Assembly: GCA_903869345.1 (NCBI GenBank)
Contig: CAIPYM010000071.1
Location: 14,891-78,890, forward strand
Length of the DNA: 64,000 bases
Direction of reading: 5' to 3'
DNA from: an uncultured Pseudomonadota bacterium
Lineage (GTDB): Bacteria > Pseudomonadota > Alphaproteobacteria > UBA9219
Shown: positions 51,460 through 59,610 of the stretch, one piece after another
Numbering within the stretch: the first letter of the stretch is position 1
How the letters are laid out: the number at the start of each line of letters is the position of its first letter
Translations under genes and position numbers: made by a program
The notes under the pieces: model-generated
What the model was told of the DNA's origin: nothing
What the model saw: only the letters and a program-made list of their open reading frames with translations
Databases searched by the model: none

Positions 51460-52585
51460 GTTTGGTAGGGTGAAGGGGGATGAAATGGTAGGGCCGTGGT
51501 TTCCCTACCGATTTGCCCATGGTAGGTTATCCTCTGTGGCGAAGAGTGTGCGCCTCACGCCGTGGTTTCCCTACCGATTTGCCCATGGTAGGTTAAGGCG
51601 GTGCAGCATGAACGCGCCCGTCCCGCCGTGGTTTCCCTACCGATTTGCCCATGGTAGGTTACACAGGCGCCTCTGCGCGAGTCTGGGACCGCCGTGGTTT
51701 CCCTACCGATTTGCCCATGGTAGGTTACGTCGTTGTTCCGCCCACGCCGCCGTTCCGCCGTGGTTTCCCTACCGATTTGCCCATGGTAGGTTCCTCCGTT
51801 TTCCTCAAGCATCGGCTGAAGAGCCGTGGTTTCCCTACCGATTTGCCCATGGTAGGTTACGGATGATAAAGACGTGAATGGTCACTACGCCGTGGTTTCC
51901 CTACCGATTTGCCCATGGTAGGTTCGGAGCGTTTGCTTGCAGCTTTTGTGCATAGGCCGTGGTTTCCCTACCGATTTGCCCATGGTAGGTTAAGAGGTCA
52001 ATCGCGCGGCGGTTCAGGGCGGCCGTGGTTTCCCTACCGATTTGCCCATGGTAGGTTTTTGGTCCACAGCAGCCCGTCGCGCCCGTTGCCGTGGTTTCCC
52101 TACCGATTTGCCCATGGGAGGTTCTGCTACGCCCGTCGGCTGAGTGGCGATGTGCCGTGGTTTCCCTACCGATTTGCCCATGGTAGGTTCGATTGTCCCG
52201 AGGCTCCGTTGTAAAATGTGCCGTGGTTTCCCTACCGATTTGCCCATGGTAGGTTGAAGAGGTCCTACCATGAGTGCTTCAAAGCGCCGTGGTTTCCCTA
52301 CCGATTTGCCCATGGTAGGTTCCCGTCCCGTTTTCCTTTTCCCCCCTCGGAGCCGTGGTTTCCCTACCGATTTGCCCATGGTAGGTTCGTGAAGGCCGTC
52401 GCAAAAATGGTTGGTGTGCCGTGGTTTCCCTACCGATTTGCCCATGGTAGGTTGTTGTCCTCCACGAGTACCCGCAAAAGGACGCCGTGGTTTCCCTACC
52501 GATTTGCCCATGGTAGGTTAAACTTAGACGCCTGGGTGATGGACTGGAGGCCGTGGTTTCCCTACCGATTTGCCCATGGTAGGTT
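51427..52585 (+). CRISPR. Type II-C CRISPR array: 18 x 36-bp repeats, 17 spacers
   Basis: Repeat GCCGTGGTTTCCCTACCGATTTGCCCATGGTAGGTT; 16 spacers of 30 nt and one of 31 nt; repeat 11 has T31G; strand inferred from tracrRNA pairing. Confidence 0.99.
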
Positions 52586-52643
52586 CCCTTGCTTGTAACA
52601 GCTTGGAATTGCTGTGATTTTCGCGCTTTCTTGTGCGCCGAAA
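52586..52643. promoter_or_regulatory. Short CRISPR leader (cas2-proximal, probable acquisition end)
   Basis: 58-nt gap between the last intact repeat and the cas2 stop; degenerate repeat is at the opposite end. Confidence 0.5.
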
Positions 52644-52973
52644 TCACAGCAAAACCATCTGATCCGCCCCGAATCGCTCGGTTTTTGGGGCCATTCCGAG
52701 CATAAGTTCCATGTGTCCATATTGCCGGTCCGTGACCTGCAACGCCCGGATACTCCCTTCCGAAGGAAGGGTTCCTCGAACACGCCGCAGGTGTTTTTCA
52801 ACCGCATCTTGCCCTCGGCACACGCGTGCGTAAACCGAAAATTGCAGCATCATAAAGCCGTCGTCTTTCAGCGCCCCGCGAAAGCGCGTGGCTCGCCGAC
52901 GCTGCTCTTTGCTGCCTACCGGAAGATCAAAGAAGACAAAGAGCCACATGAATCGGACATCCTCCTCGTTCAT
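52644..52973 (-). CDS. cas2: CRISPR-associated endoribonuclease Cas2
   Basis: RFMWLFVFFDLPV, DGFMMLQFSVYARVC, VTDRQY; ATGA overlap with cas1. Confidence 0.95.
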   Translation of the reverse strand: MNEEDVRFMWLFVFFDLPVGSKEQRRRATRFRGALKDDGFMMLQFSVYARVCRGQDAVEKHLRRVRGTLPSEGSIRALQVTDRQYGHMELMLGMAPKTERFGADQMVLL

Positions 52974-53875
52974 CGCGTCACCGGGTTTTCGGGGGGCCAC
53001 GCGGGCGTTTGCAAAAGGGTTGCGTCGCCCTGTTCCAGGACCCTGACCGTGGACGTTGCCACCGCCTCGGTTGCGACAAGAATGGTCATGTGGTCTTGGT
53101 CCATCAGGACCTCGCGCCCCAAAACAGTTGCCATGTGGCGTCGGTCGTCAACCGTCAATTCTCCTTCGGGAAAGGCGTCAGCACGACCCTGGGCCAGACG
53201 GTCCACAAAAGGCCGAAACGGCTCGATCAGGTCGTCCACCAGGTTAAAAGCGTTGGATTGCGAGTCGTGATGAACGCCAAAAACAGGCAAAAGGCCCGAG
53301 GCCACGCAGGCCCGCGCCAACGTGGCCCGCATAACGGCATACCCGTAATTCAGCAAGGCGTTGCGGCGGTCGCGGTCGTTGCTGCGCGTGAAGCCCTGGA
53401 AAAGCGAGGGCCAGTAAGCCTGGGCGGCTTGCGCTTCCAGGTTGTCGGGATCACCCGAGCCGACGCGCCGGGCCATGGCGAACAGGGCCTTGGCGTTGGC
53501 ACGATTCAGGGCTTGCAACACGGCGGCTTGGTTACGGATTTTGGCGACCACCAACGTTTGCCAAAGACGTTTTTGAAGCGGCAACCCCAGGTCCCTTTGC
53601 AGGTGAGCCACGTACGTCTGAGCGTGATGCTGATGAAAGGAAAGCAAGAGACCCGCTGGATGATGCCGCGAATCCGGCACGATCAGCGTGACACCGCTTT
53701 CGGCCAAAGCGGACAGCAACGAGCCCGTGATGCTGACGTGGACGGTATCCAGAACCACCCATGCCACATCTTCGAGCGCAAAGGAGGACTCGCCATCCTC
53801 CTGCGCCACGACGATTTGGCGGTCCCGAAGACTTAATCGGGCGGCTTGGGCAATGTGCAGACCTCGCCATGCCAT
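52970..53875 (-). CDS. cas1: Type II CRISPR-associated integrase Cas1
   Basis: MAWRGLHI, EDVAWVVLD, EAQAAQAYW, NALLNYGYAVMR, GVHH, NLVDDLIEPFRP. Confidence 0.96.
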   Translation of the reverse strand: MAWRGLHIAQAARLSLRDRQIVVAQEDGESSFALEDVAWVVLDTVHVSITGSLLSALAESGVTLIVPDSRHHPAGLLLSFHQHHAQTYVAHLQRDLGLPLQKRLWQTLVVAKIRNQAAVLQALNRANAKALFAMARRVGSGDPDNLEAQAAQAYWPSLFQGFTRSNDRDRRNALLNYGYAVMRATLARACVASGLLPVFGVHHDSQSNAFNLVDDLIEPFRPFVDRLAQGRADAFPEGELTVDDRRHMATVLGREVLMDQDHMTILVATEAVATSTVRVLEQGDATLLQTPAWPPENPVTR

Positions 53876-56800
53876 GTGCGGACCTCGCGTTTCACTTCGG
53901 CACATTGGCCGAAACGGTCCACAGTGTACTTTCTAATGCTTAATAAAGTCTTTGTACTCACCCTTTCAGAGAGGGACGAGCTCTTGTTGGAGAACAGCCT
54001 GATCTTTCCATTATCACGATCCACACCTCCCGCAAGATAACCTTCAACATGTTTTCCTTTTGCATCAACGGTTCTCACATAACTGCGGTCGTAGAGGCTG
54101 AAGCAAAACGTGTGCTCGGGGCCGATGTCCGTCCAGTCCCGCTCGTCCTTATGGGCAACAACGGCCTTGTTCGGAGGTAAACTGTCCTTTTCAATAAGTT
54201 GATGCGGGTAAATCGGCACTAAAAACCATTTGATTCGGTCCTTCTTGTCGGCCTGGCTGAACACATCCACGCGGACCATTTCGCCGCGTGCGGCAGTGCC
54301 GCCTCGAACGCTGATCCCGGGCTTGTCCGTTGTCACGCAGCGGACTTTGGTGATCACGTCCCCCTGCGGTGAACGCGGGAGAGCATCGGCAGGTTTACCT
54401 TTTTCGATCCACGCCTTCAGGGATTCGATGATGGCCGCGTTGCGTTCGGGATCTTTGATTTGGTCCAGATTCTTAGCCGTCAACTCGTTGATGTCTTTGC
54501 GTTCCGAGACCACGGGGCCTTGATCCGAATCCCACACTTGTCGAATCGTCTCCTTGTGCCCTGCGCCCCGCGCACGCCGACGCTCGGGCCGGGCGACAAA
54601 GACCGAGTCATAGGCCTTCAGCACATCGTCCCTGAACGTGGGCCAAGGCGGCGTGACGTGGCGCAGAGGGCGACCCAGACCTTTTTGTTCCCACTGTTGG
54701 AAGGATTGGGTCAACCGTTGCACTTCGCCTTCACCCACCGCTGCCACGGTGAGTGCATCGATCGCATGGTGCCGAGAATCCTCCACGCGCTCACCGTTGA
54801 CCTTCTTGAGTGATTCGAGGCCCCACGCATGCCGCAACGTGGCCGTGAGGGCTCCGGGCCGCGTGAACACACGCCGATGGCCGCCTTTTTCCTGCCGCTC
54901 CCCGACGGGATAGAACAGCTTGACCGCCTCCGCGAGAAGGCGCGTTGCGTAACGTGTGTCGTTGAGGTTGCGGCTTCTGAACTTCTGCGCTACCTCGTCG
55001 GCGTTTTTCAGAAGGCAGTTGCGCTTCTTGAACCCGCGAAGGTTTTTGTTGGTCTCGATGCGTTGGGCAAAGAGCAGCCAATCCTCGGGGGATTTTGCAC
55101 GGCTGAACCATTCGTAGGGCGTTTGTCCCCCTTTGTCTTGGTTGGCCTTCGCCAGGCACAAAACCTTGTTGTTGAAACTGTCATCGCCAAAGCGGGACCA
55201 GGGCAAGATATGATCCACCTGGACGCTGTTGTCGGTGGCCGCGATTTGATCGGGGTGAATTTCCTGATCCGTATAGGGGCATCGTCCATTTTGTTCCTTC
55301 CAGAGGCGGTAGCGCAGCAACGTGTCACCGTTAACGTCCTCTCTGTTTGCAATCCCCAAAAGCTCCTGGGCTTCGCCGCGTTCTTTCTCGCGCTTGGCCT
55401 GGGTTTCCTTGTTCTTTCTGTCCAGCTCACCGCGTTTTTCGGCGCTGTTGCCGACATCACGAGCCATCTCGATATGAACGGCGCCGGGCAAGCCATAGCG
55501 GTTGCGGAGGGCCCACAGTTGTTTAAGCCCTTCGGTCAACGCCTTGCGGGCCACGGGATTCGCAATGCTGGCGGTCACGTCCGCGACCAGGGCCGTAAAC
55601 TGGGCCTTGGTCGTCACATGCTCGCTTTGCGATAACGTGGAAGCAGCGTGGTTGTACCCAGCGTGGGCGCACGCCTCATCGTAGCGCAAACCTTGCTCCA
55701 GGTAGGGCACAAGGTTGCGACACGCTTTGGCAGAAATATGCCCCGCGCCTTTGAAGGGGTCGGTTAATTTGCCGTCTTCAAGAGCAGCAAGGAGTTTTTC
55801 GAGGATCCCTGCTTCCAGGGGAATCGTACGCAACTCTTTTGCGATGCTCGCGGACGATTCAAAGAAGGTGAACGCACGGGCCATAGCATCGAGTTGATCG
55901 GGATGCTGAAGCATCTTCTGCCATAAATCTTCGCCCAGAGCATTTTTAAGAGCCTTGGTTCCCCCCATGGCCTCGCCTTTGCCAGCAGCAATATCTCGTT
56001 CCTGGTCAGGCTTATCTTGGGGAATGCCTACAAAGGGCTCGTCCTCGGACAGCCCTATTTTTTTGCGAACAGCCTTAACGGTAAGTTTGGCAACGCTCCC
56101 TAAATCAGCAGTGGCTCGTGCGATTTCCTCCGGGGTCAGGGCGCGTTCCCCGGTTGCCGTCTTGACCCGCAGATTCACGAGACGTTGAAGAAGGCGAAAC
56201 TTTTCGAACGAGGGGGATCGTTTGGCGGCTCTTTTCTCAGTGGGTTCAAAGGGACAGAGGCCTACCAAACGCTCGCTATCTTGCAGGGGCCTTTGGTAAA
56301 ACGCGATATCCGTGAACGCCTTTTCCAACTCCGGCGAAGCGAATGCTTGTCCAAACCGACGTTGTGCAGCGAACAGAGCCGTCACTTCCTTCGTCAGGTC
56401 TTCACGACCAACGGTGCGGTCGTAGCGTTTCTCGCGGTTGCGTTTGCGGTCCTGAAAATCGGGATCACAGGCAAACATTTCACCGACGGTACGATACGGG
56501 GCTTGCTTTTCCTGCGTGATTTTCAGCGCGGACAACATCTTTTTGTCGTCCGGACTCTCCGTCTTGCGTTTGGCAGACGATTTGAATCCTCGGTGCTTGG
56601 CGATATGCCCCAGGGCAACCGCGAACTCCAGGGGTCTCAACGCTTCATCCAGACCCCGTCCCCGCACGTCCCAAGGATTAATGGACGGCTTCTTGAAAGG
56701 ATGGGGAGGGGCGCGATGATCCAGCGGATGATGGAGAGCCTGGGCCTCCGCCGAAGGGAGAAGGCCGTTTGCGTGAAAGAGGCCTCGAATGTCTGCCATG

Positions 56801-57021
56801 CGCTGGCAACGACGGCGGAGAACACGGCGAAGAAGCCGAAAGCCTCGCCGCTCCTGATTCTTGGGGGTGCGATCTTTGGGGTTTTCCGGCGCGTCGAAAC
56901 ACCAGCTTCCCAGGCCCTCAATCACCGAGGCTTCACCCGCGTGCGTCGGTTGCCGCAGAACAGCCCAACCGCATGAGGCAATGCCAAGGTCAAGGCCAAA
57001 AACCAAACGCTCATCTGTCAT
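53833..57021 (-). CDS. cas9: Type II-C Cas9, 1062 aa
   Basis: RuvC-I GLDLGIASCGW, Arg-rich bridge helix, RuvC-II HIEMARD, HNH VDHILP...NKVL...N, RuvC-III HHAIDA; GGGAGG RBS; no csn2 or cas4 in the locus. Confidence 0.97.
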   Translation of the reverse strand: MTDERLVFGLDLGIASCGWAVLRQPTHAGEASVIEGLGSWCFDAPENPKDRTPKNQERRGFRLLRRVLRRRCQRMADIRGLFHANGLLPSAEAQALHHPLDHRAPPHPFKKPSINPWDVRGRGLDEALRPLEFAVALGHIAKHRGFKSSAKRKTESPDDKKMLSALKITQEKQAPYRTVGEMFACDPDFQDRKRNREKRYDRTVGREDLTKEVTALFAAQRRFGQAFASPELEKAFTDIAFYQRPLQDSERLVGLCPFEPTEKRAAKRSPSFEKFRLLQRLVNLRVKTATGERALTPEEIARATADLGSVAKLTVKAVRKKIGLSEDEPFVGIPQDKPDQERDIAAGKGEAMGGTKALKNALGEDLWQKMLQHPDQLDAMARAFTFFESSASIAKELRTIPLEAGILEKLLAALEDGKLTDPFKGAGHISAKACRNLVPYLEQGLRYDEACAHAGYNHAASTLSQSEHVTTKAQFTALVADVTASIANPVARKALTEGLKQLWALRNRYGLPGAVHIEMARDVGNSAEKRGELDRKNKETQAKREKERGEAQELLGIANREDVNGDTLLRYRLWKEQNGRCPYTDQEIHPDQIAATDNSVQVDHILPWSRFGDDSFNNKVLCLAKANQDKGGQTPYEWFSRAKSPEDWLLFAQRIETNKNLRGFKKRNCLLKNADEVAQKFRSRNLNDTRYATRLLAEAVKLFYPVGERQEKGGHRRVFTRPGALTATLRHAWGLESLKKVNGERVEDSRHHAIDALTVAAVGEGEVQRLTQSFQQWEQKGLGRPLRHVTPPWPTFRDDVLKAYDSVFVARPERRRARGAGHKETIRQVWDSDQGPVVSERKDINELTAKNLDQIKDPERNAAIIESLKAWIEKGKPADALPRSPQGDVITKVRCVTTDKPGISVRGGTAARGEMVRVDVFSQADKKDRIKWFLVPIYPHQLIEKDSLPPNKAVVAHKDERDWTDIGPEHTFCFSLYDRSYVRTVDAKGKHVEGYLAGGVDRDNGKIRLFSNKSSSLSERVSTKTLLSIRKYTVDRFGQCAEVKREVRTWHGEVCTLPKPPD

Positions 57022-57090
57022 AGTGTCCTCCCTGTTGCCCCTGTTGTTCCGGCCCTTGACTTTATGCTGCAATTCTGGCCCATTGGCTAT

Positions 57091-57185
57091 GGCAAATCGG
57101 TGGGGAAGCCACGGTAACGGAGTTACCGAAAGGTTTCTCCGGAAGGATCATCCCCCATCGGGCAACCGGTGGGGGAAATTCTTTT
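57091..57185 (+). ncRNA. tracrRNA
   Basis: Anti-repeat GGCAAATCGGTGGGGAAGCCACGGT pairs 25/25 (3 G-U) with the repeat 5' part; GAAA and GCAA tetraloop hairpins; U-rich end. Confidence 0.87.
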
Positions 57186-57291
57186 GAGCCGCCTGTAAGC
57201 CTTCTCTTCAAGCACCGTCGCCTTTACCACGTCCCGTCTTGTCGGCTAAGCTCCGGACCGTTCTCGTTACGTCTCGATGGGGCTTGGTGCC

Positions 57292-58503
57292 ATGACCCGC
57301 CACTACGCCACAAAGCATTTCTTTCGGCAGATGCCGAACGAGCTTTTAGGGCGGTATTTTCAGACCAAGGATGTTCTTAAGGACGTTGACTTCGCGGCAC
57401 TGCCGAAGAAGAAGCCGGACAAACTGTTCGCGGCTTGGTTGAAATTGCCGGACACACAACGCAACGCGATGGATGCCGAACTGCACGAGATTTTCGCGCT
57501 GTGCTGCGAGAAGGGGGTTATCGCCATTCTGGACGAAGCCGAATGGCAATTGCGTGAATCGCCTGAAGCCCTGAGTGCCCTTGTGGAGAAACTCTCGGCC
57601 CTGCCCGGCCATTTTGAACGAGCCATGGTGACGTTTCTGGATCATCCCGCGTTTTGGCAAGGGGCATGTCTTTTCTGCCACGCGGACACGCTGGGGTTTT
57701 GGCGAAAACGCAACAACATCCCTCAGAAGCACGCGCGTACGGACCCAAAGAGCCGGAAGGATTTGGCCCATCAAATCAGCACCTATTTCCATCACACGGA
57801 AGGGCGCGGACAGAACTGCGTGGTTGAGGCGTATCGGCGCGGCGAAAGGGACTATTTCTTCTGCTACCCCGAGGACCACGCGCAACAAGGTATCGAATGG
57901 GTCAACGGTGAATGCGCCCGCCGCCCGCATAACCCAGCGTTTGAGATTGTGTACGTCTATGCGCAAAAAGAAGGGTCTTTGGACCTGAGTTTTCGCGGCT
58001 CTTCTAAGGCCGTTGGACCTTTGCAGGCGATGTTCGCCTTGTCCATTTTGAACGTGGAGGAGCTGCTTCCCGATTCCCGCGACACGCGCGTCTATGACCT
58101 GGAGCCATTGCGCAAAAGGAGCTTCCGTTTTAGCTACCCCGTGGACAGCGGCATTCAACGGGTGGCCGTCAAAAAACTCCGCCTTTCGTCGCGGATCAAA
58201 CAGGGCGAGCGTCTGACGCTGGAGGCTGACACCGAAGAGAATGCCGAAGCGATTTACGATCTGTTGGATCAGGTCAAAAAATCCCCCGAGTTTCGCCTTT
58301 ACAATTACCATGTCACGCAGGTGGAGCTGGTGGCCTGCGTGGCCCTTCGTGTGGACAAGCCGCCCAAGACTTTCCCCATCCGGCTCACGTACCCCAATTC
58401 ATGCTCGCTCAAGTATGACGACATCGGGCTGAAGCTGCGGGATATGCTGCAATGCTCGGGGATTGAACCCAAGCAGCCGGAATCGGCCCCCTCTGACGCA
58501 TGA
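57292..58503 (+). CDS. Uncharacterised island protein (~403 aa)
   Basis: Long ORF TRHYATKHFFRQMPN...TYPNSCSLK; ATGA-coupled to the next ORF. Confidence 0.75.
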   Translation: MTRHYATKHFFRQMPNELLGRYFQTKDVLKDVDFAALPKKKPDKLFAAWLKLPDTQRNAMDAELHEIFALCCEKGVIAILDEAEWQLRESPEALSALVEKLSALPGHFERAMVTFLDHPAFWQGACLFCHADTLGFWRKRNNIPQKHARTDPKSRKDLAHQISTYFHHTEGRGQNCVVEAYRRGERDYFFCYPEDHAQQGIEWVNGECARRPHNPAFEIVYVYAQKEGSLDLSFRGSSKAVGPLQAMFALSILNVEELLPDSRDTRVYDLEPLRKRSFRFSYPVDSGIQRVAVKKLRLSSRIKQGERLTLEADTEENAEAIYDLLDQVKKSPEFRLYNYHVTQVELVACVALRVDKPPKTFPIRLTYPNSCSLKYDDIGLKLRDMLQCSGIEPKQPESAPSDA

Positions 58504-59243
58504 CGCCGGAGGAAACCCTTGAGGCTTGGCTTGCTGTTCTGGCGGCTCGTCCAGGCGCGGTTGCTGTGATCGGCCAAGAGGGCCTGCAGGATTGGGACAG
58601 AACGGTTGTTGACGCTTTCAAGGCCAAAGGATTGCTGAAAAAAGCACATCCCGGCGCAAGCATCCCATGCCCCGGTTGTGAAGAGCAGTGTGTGAGGCCG
58701 GTGCACGTTCTGCCCGGCGCTTCGATGGCGTTCATCGTGTGTGATCTCCGCAGTGATACCAACCGCGTGCCGATTCCTTTGGCGAGTCTTGATCGGTGGC
58801 AGACGTCCGGTGATGCGCTGGCCGCCTTGCTGACAGCTATGTTGGGGATTCATCAGCCTGTTGCCCGGAGGGATGCGCCAGGTCGCTGGGAGATTGGCAA
58901 CCTCAAAGGCAAGAAACACGCTAGCCACGTGGTGCTGATGGCCGAGGACGAATTTCTTTTGTCTCTGGCAGGGCACACGGTCAGGCTTACGGAAGTGTTG
59001 GGATTTGAAAAAGGCTCTTTCTGGATGGATCAAAAAAAGTTGACGCATTGCGTGGATAACCCAGCTTCTGGCGGTGGGGATCGGGAATCGGCGCAAGAAC
59101 GGCGGCAGAGGCTTAGGCGTGAACACAATGAGGAAATAGCTAAAGGTAATCGTGCGCCCACCAAGACATTGGCCCTACGCGAAGGCCGTACGGAACGTCG
59201 GATCAGAGCGCTTTTGGAAGACGAAAACAAATCAGTCGTTTGA
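58500..59243 (+). CDS. Uncharacterised protein with Cys cluster and probable C-terminal HTH
   Basis: CPGCEEQC...C motif; basic C-terminus KTLALREGRTERRIRALL. Confidence 0.68.
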   Translation: MTPEETLEAWLAVLAARPGAVAVIGQEGLQDWDRTVVDAFKAKGLLKKAHPGASIPCPGCEEQCVRPVHVLPGASMAFIVCDLRSDTNRVPIPLASLDRWQTSGDALAALLTAMLGIHQPVARRDAPGRWEIGNLKGKKHASHVVLMAEDEFLLSLAGHTVRLTEVLGFEKGSFWMDQKKLTHCVDNPASGGGDRESAQERRQRLRREHNEEIAKGNRAPTKTLALREGRTERRIRALLEDENKSVV

Positions 59244-59267
59244 ACAAAATCGCGCGAGCATCCCGTG

Positions 59268-59340
59268 AGGGGTTCCGCCCTAAGCCCTAAAAGTCGAGCT
59301 TTTCTGAGCTCTTTAGGGCGGAATATTGCACGGAACCCCT
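59268..59340. promoter_or_regulatory. Nested inverted repeats upstream of alpA
   Basis: TTCCGCCCTAA/TTAGGGCGGAA, AGGGGTTCC/GGAACCCCT, GAGCT/AGCTC. Confidence 0.55.
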
Positions 59341-59394
59341 GTGCCGCCCCTTTAATCCCTAACCATGTTCAACAACGCCCAAGGAGGCGCCGAC

Positions 59395-59610
59395 ATGGTT
59401 ACGACAATCCTCAGACTTCCCAACGTCAAGGCCCGCACGGGACTTTCTCGCAGCACCCTCTACCTGCGCATCGCCACGGGCACTTTCCCCAGGCCCATCT
59501 CACTTGGCGGCCGAGCCGTTGGATGGGTCGAAGAGGAAGTGGACGCCTGGCTGACCCAACGCATTCAGGCTCGTCGTCCGTCCTCGTCCAAAGTGGAGGG
59601 CCGGTCATGA
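59395..59610 (+). CDS. alpA: AlpA-family regulator / excisionase
   Basis: ILRLPNVKARTGLSRSTLY...FPRPISLGGRAVGWVEEEVDAWL; AAGGAGG RBS. Confidence 0.93.
   Translation: MVTTILRLPNVKARTGLSRSTLYLRIATGTFPRPISLGGRAVGWVEEEVDAWLTQRIQARRPSSSKVEGRS

Noticed and set aside
51413-52647. ORFs with periodic PWFPYRFAHGR / TYHGQIGRETT / MGKSVGKPR peptides
   Set aside because: Translation artefacts of the 66-bp CRISPR period
52644-57021. Type II-A or II-B classification
   Set aside because: No csn2 or cas4; size and repeat/tracr layout fit II-C
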